From assembly GCA_951406725.2 (NCBI GenBank), contig OX597823.1, positions 8,246,001-8,310,000 on the forward strand: a DNA stretch of 64,000 nt, given 5' to 3'. The notes beneath the pieces were generated by a model, which did not search any database, had not been told where the DNA came from, and saw only the letters and a list, made by a program, of their open reading frames with translations. The position numbers were made by a program, and so were the translations under genes. Source of the DNA: Octopus vulgaris (lineage: Eukaryota). Numbering within the stretch: the stretch's first letter is position 1; every line of letters starts with the position of its first letter. Positions 13,670 through 28,813 of this stretch are shown one piece after another.

Positions 13670-14183
13670 ACAGGGTTCCTGTGGCAACGAAGGAACCCTG
13701 CATATCCAGACTCATTCTACTTACCAGGTGCTCCTGTCTTCCCCTTTGTTTTCAACCTAGCGAAGCATGCTTAGAGTAGATCCATTCAGTTGAGCAATGT
13801 CACTGTATTTTCCCACCTTACCAATTTACTGGTTGCCGGGGGTGTGGGTAACGTCTCCCTCTTAATAGTCACTTTCCTTTCCAAGAGGACTTAATAAAAG
13901 TCGACGAGAGCTTGACCGAAAAAGGTAAGTAACCGTCTTCTGTCTTTTTAATCATGTTCACCATGCAACCTCTTTCATCAGGCAGGAAAATTGCCTGCTT
14001 TTCTCAGTCACAGAAAGGCAGCGGGGAGACCTCCTTGATGGAGTCGGCCAACAGCCAGATCCTACCTACACGTGATAGCACCCGCTTGATATAATTACAC
14101 CAGTCAGCGATACTCAAAGCACTGGACGAGCGCGCAATACTGTTTCGTAGGCGTGGCTGACTGCACTACCATGCATGTGGAGT
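13670..14183 (-). pseudogene. Tx1-clade LINE ORF2 C-terminus and 3' UTR relic
   Basis: Minus frames give ETVL(R)ALVQC (C-terminal zinc knuckle), LSRVGRIWLLADSI, GQALVDF, LERKV, LNGSTLSML, with frameshifts. Confidence 0.65.
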
Positions 14184-14188
14184 TTATG

Positions 14189-14233
<45 letters not shown>

Positions 14234-14290
14234 GTAATAATAATGATGATGATAATAATAATAATGATGATGATGTTGATGATAATGATG

Positions 14291-14350
<60 letters not shown>

Positions 14351-14685
14351 GTTTCAAATTTTGGCACAAGGCCAGCAATTTTAGGGGGAGGGATTAATCA
14401 ATTACATCAACTCCAGTAATTGACTGCTATCTAATCGAAGCCGAACGTATGAAAGACAAATGAGACCTCATCAATTCTGAAACTAATCAAAGTGGTAAAA
14501 ACGTCATTGATAAAGTTCTGCTCATTAATTACCCATAATGTAATTAGTGGCGAATTTAGACAATATTACCGGCCACGAGTATAAGATTAATAGTAATACT
14601 TGCAACACCAATAATAAGGACACTATTAACAGTAAATAATAATGATCAAATTAAAAGCAAAACCAAAATTGAAAATAAAAACAAA

Positions 14686-15081
14686 TCTTTATATATAAAA
14701 GTGAGGTTGTGTGCTGTCTGTCTCCTACGATTTAGATTCCTAACTACTCCCACATTTTGCGGTGCAGTGTAACCAAAACCGGGTATCTTATAGTCGTGAT
14801 TCATATCGAGCTCTTCTGAGTATTAGCGCGCGTCTACGATGAGTCTACGATTTTAAAAAAATTTACCATAAATTTTTCCCATTTTTGATGCATTTTTGGC
14901 ATATATAAGGGACGTAACTCTCTAAAAATTTATTATTAAATCTCAGAACGTAAAAAGCTACAGTAACACCCCCCCCTTTGTGGTTAGCCATATTGAGATG
15001 GCTATTATACTTTACATCTCTAAAAATGCTTATATAGTTATTTCCCTTACAAACCCGAGCAACGCCGGGCGATACTGCTAG
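14686..15081 (+). mobile_element. Non-autonomous Helitron
   Basis: A|TC 5' end, subterminal hairpin cccgagcaacgccggg, CTAG|T 3' end, no TSD. Confidence 0.9.
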
Positions 15082-15301
15082 TATTGAAATAAAGAAAGAA
15101 TAAGTAGAATAATAATAGAAGTAACAATACGATTTAATTAAGAATTAGAGTAATAACAGCGGGGAGCACAAGTGGTAAGAAAAGTAACAAAGGACGGTAT
15201 TCGAGTGCTGCGTTGTACTGTATTGCCTTGTGCATTTTTAGTATCATCCACTCTATACGAAAATCTCAATCTTTTGGCTGTATCAGAAAAAGAAATTCAT
15301 T

Positions 15302-15556
15302 TGCTCTTTAACTCTTTCAATTGTTTCAGTCATTTGACTGGGGCCATACTGGGTCACTGCCTATTTAGTCGAAGAAATCGACCCCTGGACAAGCGATGCA
15401 TGGGGGTGGTCAAAGACAGACACACATAAATATATACATATGTATATGACGAGTTTCTTTCAGTTTCTGTCTACCAAATTCGCTCACAAGGTTTTGGTCG
15501 GCCCGGGGCTATAGCAGACGACACTTGTTCAAGCAAGCTTCTTACCAAACAGCCAC
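15302..15556 (-). mobile_element. Degraded SINE family A with deletions (a further fragment lies at 21270-21345)
   Basis: gtttcagtcatttgactg ... ggcccggggctatagcaga ... cttacc blocks retained. Confidence 0.8.
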
Positions 15557-16117
15557 AAAGAAAATCTTACATTGGCATATTTTAGTAGGTAATATTATGG
15601 CATCTCAAACTCAGATGAAAGGAGCTATGTAACAAACTTGAGGGAAGTTATTTAAAAAGTCACAGATACTGATTTAAAAGCAGTAATTCAGTGTTACAAA
15701 GCAAACACTCGACTAGTGGAAAATACATCTGAAAAATTCAAAGCCTGTTTGTCTCATTTTTCTTTGCTGTTTAGATGGCTAAAAGTTTCCTATACAAACT
15801 CTTTGAAAAATTGGAGCTTTGCACATTGAAAAATTGAGGCTAAGAATTTTGAAAACATATGGCTTTTATATATGGTAAAGCATTCAACTTTTACCACTCG
15901 TAGTAATGATAAATAAGATCGCTGCTACAAATGATTGGGGATAAAAATTGTGGTGTAGTACGTATTTGATCTGGAGTTGGTCATAATATTTTTATCATCC
16001 TTTGTTTAGTGATACATACTTTATCCTTCAGAGCTTCATTACAGAAAATAAAACTTGTATATAGGAAAATTTATACATTTCATGCTTGGTATTGTATAGA
16101 AACAGATTTATATACAA

Positions 16118-16413
16118 CTAGCAGTATCGCCCGGCGTTGCTCGGGTTTGTAAGGGAAATAACTATATAAGCATTATTAGAGAGTTACTTCCCTTATATAA
16201 TAGCAAAAAAATGCATTAAAAATGGGAAAAATTGATGGTAATTTTTTTAAATCGTAGACTCATCGTAGACGCGCGCTAATACCCAGAAGGGCTTGATATG
16301 AATCACAACTATAAGATACCCGCTTTTGGTTAAACTGCACCGCAAAATGTGGGAGTAGTTAGGAATCTAAATCGTAGGAGACAGACACACAACCATTCTT
16401 TTATATATAAAGA
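16118..16413 (-). mobile_element. Non-autonomous Helitron, shorter variant
   Basis: ctagcagtatcgcccggcgttgctcggg ... ttatatataaaga; A|T insertion site. Confidence 0.9.
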
Positions 16414-17821
16414 TGTCTAAATATATTGGTGACATAACAGATCTTAGAAGATAGGGTTAAAAGCATCAATTCATAATTACTTTTCTTCAAATATTATACA
16501 GTATCGCGATCGTGGAAACTTTAGAGATGGATTTTGTTGATGATATGGAAAATCTTATTGGTGTAATTGCGCATTAATAGCGATTACACTGCACATGGTT
16601 TGGAAGAACAGATTAATGTACAATCGTTTATAAATATTCGATGAAGTCCAATGGAATGAAAGGCATTAGAAAGTGTCATAGACAATACACAAAGTACAAT
16701 CTCTAACAATTTCTAGAGCACTCTCGTGTGTGTAAAATCAAAATGTTTAAGAGTAAATAACTAAAAGCGGTAGAGAGAGACTTAGACAACGTTCGTTTAC
16801 TTAACGTATTAAAAGCTTCTTTGTCGAGGCAAGACAAAACGCTTGCTATATGAGGAAGAGAGTGAATCAAATGAGACAACATCATTACTGATGAAAACTA
16901 AGAAAGAAAGAAAGGAAAAAGAAAGAATGAAAGAAAGAGAGAGAGAGAAAAAGAAAGAAAGAGCGAGAGATAGCAATTTTATATATGTTTAAATAAACAT
17001 GGCTGTCAAATGTTTGGCTAAAATTTGTGATTGTCTGAAATAAAATTTGCGACAACGGTGAAAATGAATGTCTTTGGTATAAAGACGCTAACTTTATAAA
17101 CAGAAAATTTACTACTGCTGGACATTCAAGGTATTCAGGAGAATTACATTTGCTGGAATAAATAGCAACTCTACAATATACGAAATAAAATTTCACTTTA
17201 TTGCTTCATTACCTTTACGTAGAAGGATGCTTAAAAAATATATAATGTCTTCATCCAAACTTGAGACTTATCAACAAAGTATACAAATATCAACATGTAA
17301 ATTTCATTACAAGCTATTTTGAAGTACCGAAGTGTCTCTTGATATATAAAATCATCTAATAATTTAAAAAAGTAATTTGAAAATTTTTATCAACTGTTTG
17401 TCTAGAAGTTGATTAGCAGGAGACTTTAGATAATGCATCCCATGATACGCTGGAATTTCTAGTTTGCTGTAAAACACATAGAAATAATTTCTAGGGCAAA
17501 TAACTGCAGATACGAAATCAGTCACCAATTCTATCAATTATGGCTAGTAAGACTTCAGCTTAAGAATAAGCATGATCTGTGTGACAAACAAGGTAAAGAA
17601 TTTACAAGAGATGTGTTGCTTGGTACTCATTGGTCGTTGCTATTTTGTAAATTACTTGCGATGAGTCTTATCAAATGAAAGAGTAGTGTTGCAATGACAT
17701 CACTGGGTAATATTTACCATTTATTTTTAATCCAACACTGCACTTCGATATGATTATTTATTCATACGCACACAACATATACATGCATGCATACACACGT
17801 ACATACATGCATACATGCATG

Positions 17822-18075
17822 CCGAGTAGACGAAACGGGGACAACTGAAAAAGGGGAATATTCCTTGTGTTGTATGTCTTCTACTCTGTTTTTTCGTTGT
17901 TTGAAAAAAAAGTTCGTTTCCATGTTTTTGTTTTTGTTTTCGTTTCTCATTGAGTTCAACGTTTTGCTTTTGATGTCCTGTACTCATATATACATGTATA
18001 TATACATATAGATGTAGTTATGTACATATATGTATGTATATATGCATATATTTATATATTATTTATATTATTACA
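17822..18075 (+). mobile_element. Penelope-like fragment related to 22390-22668
   Basis: gacaactga..aagggga..ttccttgtgt...tgagttc.acgt...tgtcctgtact.atatata shared with 22392-22600. Confidence 0.5.
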
Positions 18076-19024
18076 TACATACATACATGTGTGTGTATAT
18101 GTCTGTGTGTTTATATGTCTGCGAGTAATTGTATTTGTATGTGTATATACATACACACGCTCGCACACACACCATACAGACACATACGCACTTATACGTT
18201 GATATCTTATTCCACATAAGTACCATTCATCATACTTCTATAGATAATTTCCTATCCCATTTATTATTTCATAATTTATTGATTTTAGGTTTCCATTTCC
18301 CAGACGATATTTTCTTCTCATTCTTTTTATGAATCTTAGCTGGCTTAATATTGACCTTTGACCAAACACTGTTGACCTTAGCCATCATCATGTTAATTCA
18401 GCCTAAATGTTTGTCTAGAGAGTCTAGTTTCGATCCTTTCACACATTTTATATTGGTTTACGAACTAAAACATCCCTTAAAAAAAAACATCATCTGATTT
18501 AATCATTTATGCCTTCCGTACTCAAGAAATGATCTAGTTTCCTTTTGACTTTTCTTTGAAACTACATCTTTCTCTTTTATCTCCTACAATAATTTCATCT
18601 TTTTCTTTTTATCTTTCTTTTGACAATAAATTTTAAAGAAATTTTAAAATCCAGCTTGCTTAGTACCCTCTCTTTTTTCTCTTCTAACTCTAACCCACCA
18701 CATCCCGTTCCTGCTGTGCATTTTGCCTTCTCTTCTCAATTCTTTCTTCAATATTATCTTTTGTTTTCTTTTGTCTTCAGTTTTCATTCATTCTTTTATA
18801 TTTTCAGATTTTCCACTTTTCAATTTTCCTCCTTTCAAATATTTTCCCTTGCATTTTCTGAGAATTTTTACCATTGTTCTTTCAATATTTCATTATTTTC
18901 AACGCTTCTTCATTTCATTTCTTTTCTTTTCTTCTTTATTTTCAATTCTATTTGCCTTATTTTCCATTCGTCTTTTATTTGGCTCTGTTTACCTTTCTTT
19001 TTTCCTTCTCTTTGCTTCTATCAG

Positions 19025-19273
<249 letters not shown>

Positions 19274-19533
19274 ATTTTCCTTTAAATCATTCAATACATG
19301 TTTCCTGGCCTTGTTATTAGAATATCAGACCAGCGGAAATTGAAAATAAAGGGGAGAAATAAAAAAGAAAAAACCCTCAGAAAAAGATAAGAAAAAAAAG
19401 AGAAAAAACAACAAGAAAACCAATACACAGAGACAAACATACTGAAGAACACATACATGTAACAGCAACAGTAACAACTACAACAGCGACAAAGACGAGA
19501 ACAACGGCCAGGGCGGCGGCGATATAAAATAAA

Positions 19534-20194
<661 letters not shown>

Positions 20195-20490
20195 ACACAT
20201 GCATACACAAACACACATTCACTTGAGAATACACAAATGTCGTAGTAACAACAACAAAAAATATAAAGTCATAAAAACAGAGACAGACATGTACAGACAT
20301 ACATACTCCCCGACAGATAGACAGACTGGTATCAAGAAAGAGAAGGGGAGAGAGAAAGGGAGTGAAAGTAGATTTCGGATTTGTAATCGATTCCTTGAGA
20401 AAGTCGAAAATGATTAACCATAGCATTTTCTCTTTGTCCATCCATCTGTCTGTCTGTCTGTCTCTTCAACCCCATTATATATATATATAC

Positions 20491-20545
<55 letters not shown>

Positions 20546-20653
20546 TATATACGCATATATGCATATGTATATATGTATAATTATATATATATAATATATA
20601 TTATATCATATAATATATATGATATAAATATATGCGTACATATATATATATGC

Positions 20654-20750
<97 letters not shown>

Positions 20751-21079
20751 CATACCTACACACATACACACATATATGTGTATATATATGTGTGTGTGTG
20801 TATATATATGCATGTATGTGTGAGAGTGTGCTTGTATGTGTGTATATATTTGTGTACGTAAGGTTAATCTAGACATAATGATAATCCAATGATACCCCCC
20901 CACCTCCTTAGCTCTCACAACGGCACCACTAGTGTTCTTCTGTTTGCCTTTTTAATTGTCCAGTGGGCGAAGTGTGTAGACAAGGTGAAGTTGGAGATGG
21001 ACGGTGGGAAGCATTTCTCTCTATTCAAAGCAGCACTGTGTACATGTGTGCTACTGTCTTGAATGGTATTACCATACAT

Positions 21080-21150
<71 letters not shown>

Positions 21151-21365
21151 TACACACAATATATATACATACAATCTAAAGAGTGTCAGTGGATCAATGC
21201 ATTCCCATGTGAGTATGTATGTGCGCATGTATGAATATATGCATGCATGTATTATATGTGTGTATTATATTGACTGCATCCATGCTGGAGCAGTGCCTTT
21301 AGTCGAGCAAATCGACCCCAGGGCTTATTCTTTGTAAGCTTAGTAATATACATATAGTAATATAC

Positions 21366-21433
<68 letters not shown>

Positions 21434-21675
21434 TTATTACTTATTATATTATATTAAACTTTTTAATACTTTTTGATAGTTATATAAAAAATATTAAAAA
21501 ATAAAAAAATAAAAAATTTAAAAAATATAAATATAAATTTGAAAAAATTTAATTTAAATAATTTAAATTTTAAATTTTATATTTCATATATTTTGTATAT
21601 TATATTAATTATATTTATTTTTAGGTTTTGTTTTATGTTTTTGATTTGCCTAATAGTGGTTTTATCTCTAATTTA

Positions 21676-21733
<58 letters not shown>

Positions 21734-21736
<3 letters not shown>

Positions 21737-22668
21737 ACTTATATATATTTATATATGCATGTATATATACATGTAGATGTAGGTGTACGTACATATATGT
21801 TTGTATATATGCACATATTTTATTTATTACACCATTGTCTGACAGCGCTTCGGGTTCGTTCGATTCTTCGCTTCGTTCCGTTTCTTATCCTCCCAATATT
21901 GTTTTATAATATAATTATGACGCGAAATTCTATCCCTTTGCTTTACCTTCCCCTCTCTCTCTTCCTCTTCCTCATCTCTCTCTCAGTCGCGTGTCTTCTC
22001 TCTCTCTCTCTCTCTCTCACTCCTCCTCACTTTTGTCACTGCTGGTCCTTTTGCACGTTGCTTTCAAACCGTTTCCATGTTTCCATGCGCTTGCCAGAAC
22101 CTCTTCCGTCCCAGCCAGAACAAAGGCCTTCGTCTGTTTTTCTCGTTTGTTTTCTTGTTTATTTTGATTTCTTGTATTGTAATTTATTTCTCGTTTTGTA
22201 TTTTTCTTGTACATGTATTTTTATCTTGTATTTTATTGTGCAGTTTTATTGTTACGTCCTGTTTGTGTTACATTTTTTTGTGCTTGTTTTACCCCTATGC
22301 GAGGTTATTTTATTTTAATTCTCTCGCAGGAAGGCCTAGTATTGACGAGTCGTGTCCTGTCTTGCCTTCGAAACACGCTAAGTCTACTAGCGACAGCTGA
22401 TGAAGGGGATTTTTCCTTGTGTAGTATGTCCTGTACCTTGTTTTTCTGTTGTAAATAATGTTCTTCCCGTTTTCCTTCACGTCCTGTTCCACGTCTCTGT
22501 CTTTCTGTTGTAAAAAAAAATGTTTTTTCCGTTTTCGTTTCTGTTGAGTTCTACGTCTTTTTGTGGTGTCCTGTACTTATATATATTTATATATGCATGT
22601 ATATATACATGTAGATGTAGGTACGTACATATATGTTTGTATGTATGCATATATTTTAGTTATTACAC
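21734..22668 (+). mobile_element. Non-coding terminally redundant element (Penelope-like / retrozyme-like)
   Basis: ~98-bp direct repeats 21734-21832 and 22572-22668; both flanks (TA)n; no real ORF; hammerhead-like motif at 22336-22390. Confidence 0.6.
22336..22390 (+). ncRNA. Degenerate type I hammerhead ribozyme-like motif
   Basis: ctagta|TTGACGA|g...c|GAAA|c acgctaa g|TC|tactag: perfect 6-bp stem I and GUC triplet, but C3>U and a weak stem II. Confidence 0.35.
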
Positions 22669-22722
<54 letters not shown>

Positions 22723-23159
22723 GCGGTTTATTGTAGCCAACGATAGGACTGCGATTGCGTAGAAAAATTTGAAAAGTTAGATCGTATAAACAGGTAGCGG
22801 TGCTTGTCTTCTGTCTTATATGTTTTAACCCCAGGTTGGACCTCACCGAAGAAGATCAGACCTTGCGAGTTCCCCTGACTTGCTAAAAGAAGATCAGAAA
22901 CCAATTTGGTCCGGGGTACGAGATGGTAAATGTTTTTCATTTCCAAATTTATTCCCGTCGAATTTTATCCGTTATTTTTATGGTTCTATAATGTGTTGAA
23001 TCTCACCCTAAGTGGATTCCTTATGTGTATAAATATGCACTATATCGTATAACTAATATATAGTCTTCTTGACTAATTTTTTTGCACGTTAGACCACTGG
23101 AAATGTAAATTTTGATTGAATATTTTAAATTTAATTAAAGCCCATTTCTCTTTGATATG

Positions 23160-23190
<31 letters not shown>

Positions 23191-23196
23191 CACACA

Positions 23197-23308
<112 letters not shown>

Positions 23309-23552
23309 TATATACAAATAACAGAAGAAATGCGCCACAATTAACCTTTAGAAGTTGATCACAAGCAACTGTACAGACACATGCAACCTTTAAAGGACAC
23401 AAAAATGTAAGCCTAAAGACTTAATGCACTTTTTTCCTTCCTTTCTGTTTTGTTTCTTTCCTTTTCCCTATTTGTTATTTGTTACATGGAACGAGATAAA
23501 TGCAAGTTTACATCAAAAATAACAAACTGCAACAGCTGTAAATGATTTTTTG

Positions 23553-23936
23553 GGAAGCACTCCGTCGGTTACGACGACGAGGGTTCCGGTATATCCGAAT
23601 CAACGGAACAGCCTGCTCGTGAAATTAACGTGTAAGTGGCTGAGCACACCACAGACAAGTGTACCCTTAACGTAGTTCTCGAGGATATTCAGCGTGACAC
23701 AGAGAGGGACAAGGCCGGCCCTTTGAAATACAGGTACAACAGAAACAGGAAGTAAGAGTGAGAGAAAGTTGTGGTGAAAGAGTACAGCAGGGATCACCAC
23801 CATCCCCTGCCGGAGCCTCGTGGAGCTTTATGTGTTTTCGCTCAATAAACACTCACAACGTCTGGTCTGGGAATCGAAACCGCGATCCTATGACCGCGAG
23901 TCCGCTGCCCTAACCACTGGACCATTGCGCCTCCAC
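23553..23936 (-). mobile_element. SINE family B, full length
   Basis: Near-identical to 4272-4655; imperfect TSD tgtaaatgat/tgcaaatgat. Confidence 0.92.
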
Positions 23937-24163
23937 ATTGCAAATGATATTGTAACTATAATTAAAACTGTGACCATTTAATACCAATGATCAACTTCTA
24001 ATTGTTAATTGTTGCTCCATTTCCTATCTTATCTGAATATATTAAACCACGATTTACCATTTAAATTACCAACTACAGTTAAACATACATAGTTAGGTAA
24101 CACACCAGTTGTGCCAACGGATACCTTAATCCCTTATACGGTTGCATAAGCTCTAACTCATGA

Positions 24164-24196
<33 letters not shown>

Positions 24197-24198
24197 AA

Positions 24199-24254
<56 letters not shown>

Positions 24255-24659
24255 AACATGTTCATATATAGCTTTGTGCGGGTGAGTATATGTGTATGTG
24301 TGTGTGCGTGTGTATCTATATGTGAACGTATTTACACGTCTGTATGCGATGTTCTATTAGGTTTTTTTTTCTCGAACAAAAGCGGATCGTCAAGAAAGTA
24401 GATTAGGTGATTGTATCAGCATTGACAGTAGTGATGATGTGTTGGTAGTGACATGTTGGTGTCGCTATTGATGTTGGTTGAATGATGCTTTCAGTGTTTC
24501 AGTGATGGTGGTACACTGTGAGTATGTTTTTGGTTAAATGATAGTGGAGCGGCATTTTTGTTGGTGATATTGTGTCGGTGACATGCTGGTGTTTAATGGG
24601 ATATTATTCTTTACACCTATGCGAACCTTGACGGAACGGGCTTATAATCAAAAGCCATA

Positions 24660-24856
24660 TGTTTTATCTTTTATTTGTTTCAGTCCTCAGACTGTGTCCA
24701 AGCTGGAGCACCACCTTGAATAATTTTCAGTCGACTGTATCGACCCCAGTGCTAATTTTTAAAATCCTGGTACTTGTTCTAACGGTCTCTTTCGGGGATG
24801 TAAACACACAAGGACCTGTTGTCAAGTGGTGTGGGAGTGATACACACAGCCACGAA

Positions 24857-24925
<69 letters not shown>

Positions 24926-25101
24926 ACACAACACATACACATACATATATACACATACACATACATATATTCGACAGAATATTTTCAGTTTCCGTCTACC
25001 AAATTTACGCACAAGGCTTTGGTCGGCTCGGGACTATAGTAGAAGACTCGCCCAAGGTGTTACGCAGTGGGACTGAACCCGGAACCATGAGGTTGGGAAG
25101 T
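24660..25101 (-). mobile_element. Older diverged SINE family A copy
   Basis: gcagtgggactgaacccggaaccatg head, internal (CA)n, diverged tail. Confidence 0.8.
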
Positions 25102-25189
25102 AAATCTTATCTTATTTTTGAGACATTTTCCCAAGATGTCAATTTCAAGACAATAAAATACATTTTGAGAATGAATTATTGCTATTTCT

Positions 25190-25605
25190 TATTTCTTTAT
25201 TGCCCACAAGGGGCTACATATAGAGGGGTCAAACACGGAGAGAGAAACGGATTAAGTCGATTATATCAACCCCAGTGCGTAACTGGTACTTATTTAATCG
25301 ACTCCGAAAGGATGAAAGGCAAAGTCGACCTCGGTGGAATTTGAACTCAGAACGTAGCGGCAGACGAAATACCTATTTCTTTACTACCCACAAAGGGGTA
25401 AACACAGAGGAGACAAACAAGGACAGACATAGAGATTAAGTTCATTATATCGACCCCAGTGCGTAACTGGTACTAAATTTATCGATCCCGAAAGGATGAA
25501 AGGCAAAGTGGACCTCGGCGGAATTTGAACACAGAACGTAGCGGCAGACGAAATACCGCTAAGCATTTCGCCCGGCGTGCTAACGATTCTGCCAGCTCGC
25601 TCGCT
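25190..25605 (-). mobile_element. Meta/MESC-type SINE family C, one head plus two body units
   Basis: Core gtcgactttgcctttcatcctttcgg.gtcgat.aa.taagtaccag; TSD ttattgctatttct (25176-25189 / 25606-25619). Confidence 0.88.
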
Positions 25606-26910
25606 TTATTGCTATTTCTAGCAAGTTGAGAGACGTGTAGAGGCGTCTTCGTTGTTCTTTTGTAGTAGAGTTTGTAGTCTTTATTGGTGGTAGATTTATA
25701 TCGGCAGATTTGGATTTGCTGTTTTACTGTTGTTAGACGCATAGCGTTGCTATTGAATAATAATGTTGGTGTTAACACAGGCAATATCAGTGTAGTGGTA
25801 GTAGTCGTAGTGACGTGTATGATGGTTTTGGTTGTGGTTATAGTTCATGTAGTAGTGTTCATAATGACAGAGCTTGCGGTGTTAAAAATGATGATATCCG
25901 CTTTGGTCATAGCGATGATCGACAATGGATATGACAGTGAATGTTATAGGGAAGGGTGTAATGGAAGAGAGTTAGGTTGGATGGAAATTGAAGAGAAAGG
26001 AGAAGTAGGAGAAGCGAAATTTAAAAAAGATTGAAAGAAAAAAAAATACTAACACTAAACAGCATGGAGAAAAATGTAAATGAAATATGAGACTGAATGC
26101 ATTAAAGAACATCAACAATAAAAAGTAAAAAAAAACCCCAGCAGATTGTATAGTAGCAGCGCTAATAATAACAACGACAGCAACAATAATTATAGAACAC
26201 TCAATAATAAAAAAAGAAGACATCAATGCAAATAACAATGTATGCAGTAAAATCAGCAACAACAGCAACTACAACAGCAGCAACAGCAATAAAATCAACA
26301 ATGATAACATGAACAAAATGAACGATTGGGGGGGAAAAAAACTGTGTAATTAGAAGTCAAGTGAAAGTAGAGGATCGATTCTAGACATGTGATCATATGA
26401 GCATTGTTACTCACACATGCATACGCAAATCCATTCATTTATACACACAGATCTATATATACCTGTGGAAATAGATGGATATAGAGACGGGTTTGTAATA
26501 CTACACAGACATAGAGTCAGGCACTTGTAATACTTATACATACATATGCATCGTATGCACACACATATACTCTTACAAAGACATGCACATATATGCATGA
26601 ATGCACACCTGCACACACATATATATACATATACATATGCAAACTCATATTTTCCAACATGCGTGTGTACATGTGTATATGCACACAAACACACATGTGC
26701 GTACACATATTTCTACACAGGTGCACATATATTCACAAGCAAATCACAGTACGAGATTTAAACCTGTACTCATCTACAAACTTAGGTGTCACAGGGCCTA
26801 CAGCTCTCTCTTTATCTATCTTTCCTTCTCTCTCTTTTCCTCTTCCTCTCTTTCTCTATCTCTCTCTCTATATATACACTTATATATATATACATATATG
26901 TATATATGCA

Positions 26911-26951
<41 letters not shown>

Positions 26952-27216
26952 AGATAGGGGTTGTGAGTGCAACCCACCATGGGATAACATATATCCAGCT
27001 GTAAGATGTAGTTTATATTTATATTTATATTTATTTATATTCACTTATACATATTGTACTTATTGTATCATATTACTCATTGATGTGCATTGTTTTGTTC
27101 TATACTATTATGTTTGACCTTGATGTTCATATGTAGTGGGTTAATAAAGTATGTGACTGGGTATTATCTGGTAGTTGATTATTGATTAAGGTGTATTTCT
27201 CCATTTTCTTATTTTG

Positions 27217-27318
<102 letters not shown>

Positions 27319-27405
27319 TATATACACATATATTTCGATATTACAAACATGCACACATATACAACTATACACACCACACACACACACTCGCATGCACACA
27401 CATAT

Positions 27406-27663
27406 GCGGAGGCGCATGGCTTAGTGGTTAGGGTGTTGCACTCACGATTTCGAGATCGTGGGTTCGATTCCCATTTCACGTTGCTCTGCTATCATATCGT
27501 CAGCTGACATGTGGCACATGATGCACCTTTACAGTTAATTTCGATTTGATGGAGGGAGTGAGCTTATGTAAACACAAACATTTGATCACTATAAACAAAT
27601 TATATGTGTGGTGGTTGTTCGGGAAGAAATCGCCGAACCCTCATACGTCGTCTAACGACGAGA
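27406..27663 (+). mobile_element. tRNA-derived SINE (distinct tail, partly deleted core)
   Basis: ggaggcgcatggcttagtggttagggtg (A box) ... ggttcgattccc (B box). Confidence 0.75.
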
Positions 27664-27671
27664 TACATACG

Positions 27672-27715
<44 letters not shown>

Positions 27716-27720
27716 TACAT

Positions 27721-27762
<42 letters not shown>

Positions 27763-27859
27763 TTATGTGGCTTATCATATATTATATAATAGATATGTAT
27801 ACATGTATATATATATTAAATTTATATATATATGTTTATATTTATGTATGTATGTATGC

Positions 27860-27945
<86 letters not shown>

Positions 27946-27950
<5 letters not shown>

Positions 27951-28135
27951 ATAATCCAAACAAGAAAACACAAAAAAAACGCAACAACGCAAGGACGTGG
28001 AACAAATAAAGTATTATTGGACGCTCAGGAAAGAAGGGAGGAAGGAGGGTTTAACGTTTCGAGCGGAGCTCTTTGTCGGAAACATAGGAGAAGGAAAGAT
28101 CCCGAGAAGGGAAGACAGAGGAAAAAATCGCCAGT
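27946..28135 (-). mobile_element. Penelope-like terminal fragment with a degenerate minimal hammerhead (28049-28083)
   Basis: Minus strand gttt|CCGACAA|a gagc tcc gctc|GAAA|cg|TT|aaac: stems I and II, palindromic AACGTT stem III; abuts (TA)n. Confidence 0.55.
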
Positions 28136-28813
28136 ATACATATTAACAAAATGGCGTAAGAACTTGTCTAGCTAAGAAGTTCAAAGAAATTCAATGAACG
28201 AACGCGTGAGGTATAAATGGATTCAGAATTAAAAAAAAAATACTACCATCTGATTAGTGAAGGGAGATAAACAGAAAGTGACCGATAAAATATTAAAACA
28301 CATTTCACCAATAAATATAAATACGTTTAGAATAATGTGAGATGAGAGAAGGCAAGATTACGCCGTATCCTTTTTTAACCAATTAATTCTATCTATTAAT
28401 CAATTATTACTCATTAACGAAGTTTATAATTATCAATTATGCAACTAACTATATTCAGAGTATTCTATTTATTTATACGATTTAATTATTTAATTATTTA
28501 TCCACTTAGTAATTTATTAACTCATCCATTTAATTAGTTATTTATTGAATAATGATTATACGTAATATTTTTTAAAAGCTAACTCTGATTCCCTTTTCCA
28601 CATTCCACTTGTAACTCCCATAGATATTAGGTACTCCAAACACCATGTATGTAAGTTACCCATGTCACATAACTAACTATCTGTTTTATCTGATTAGGCC
28701 TTATTCTAGGCTATTCTAAATTCATTTTTGTTTCTGTCAAATTTATCAATTTACGTTACCAAGCACTTTCAGTTTATACCCTTTTTGATAATTATATAGG
28801 ACTTACTTCCTCC

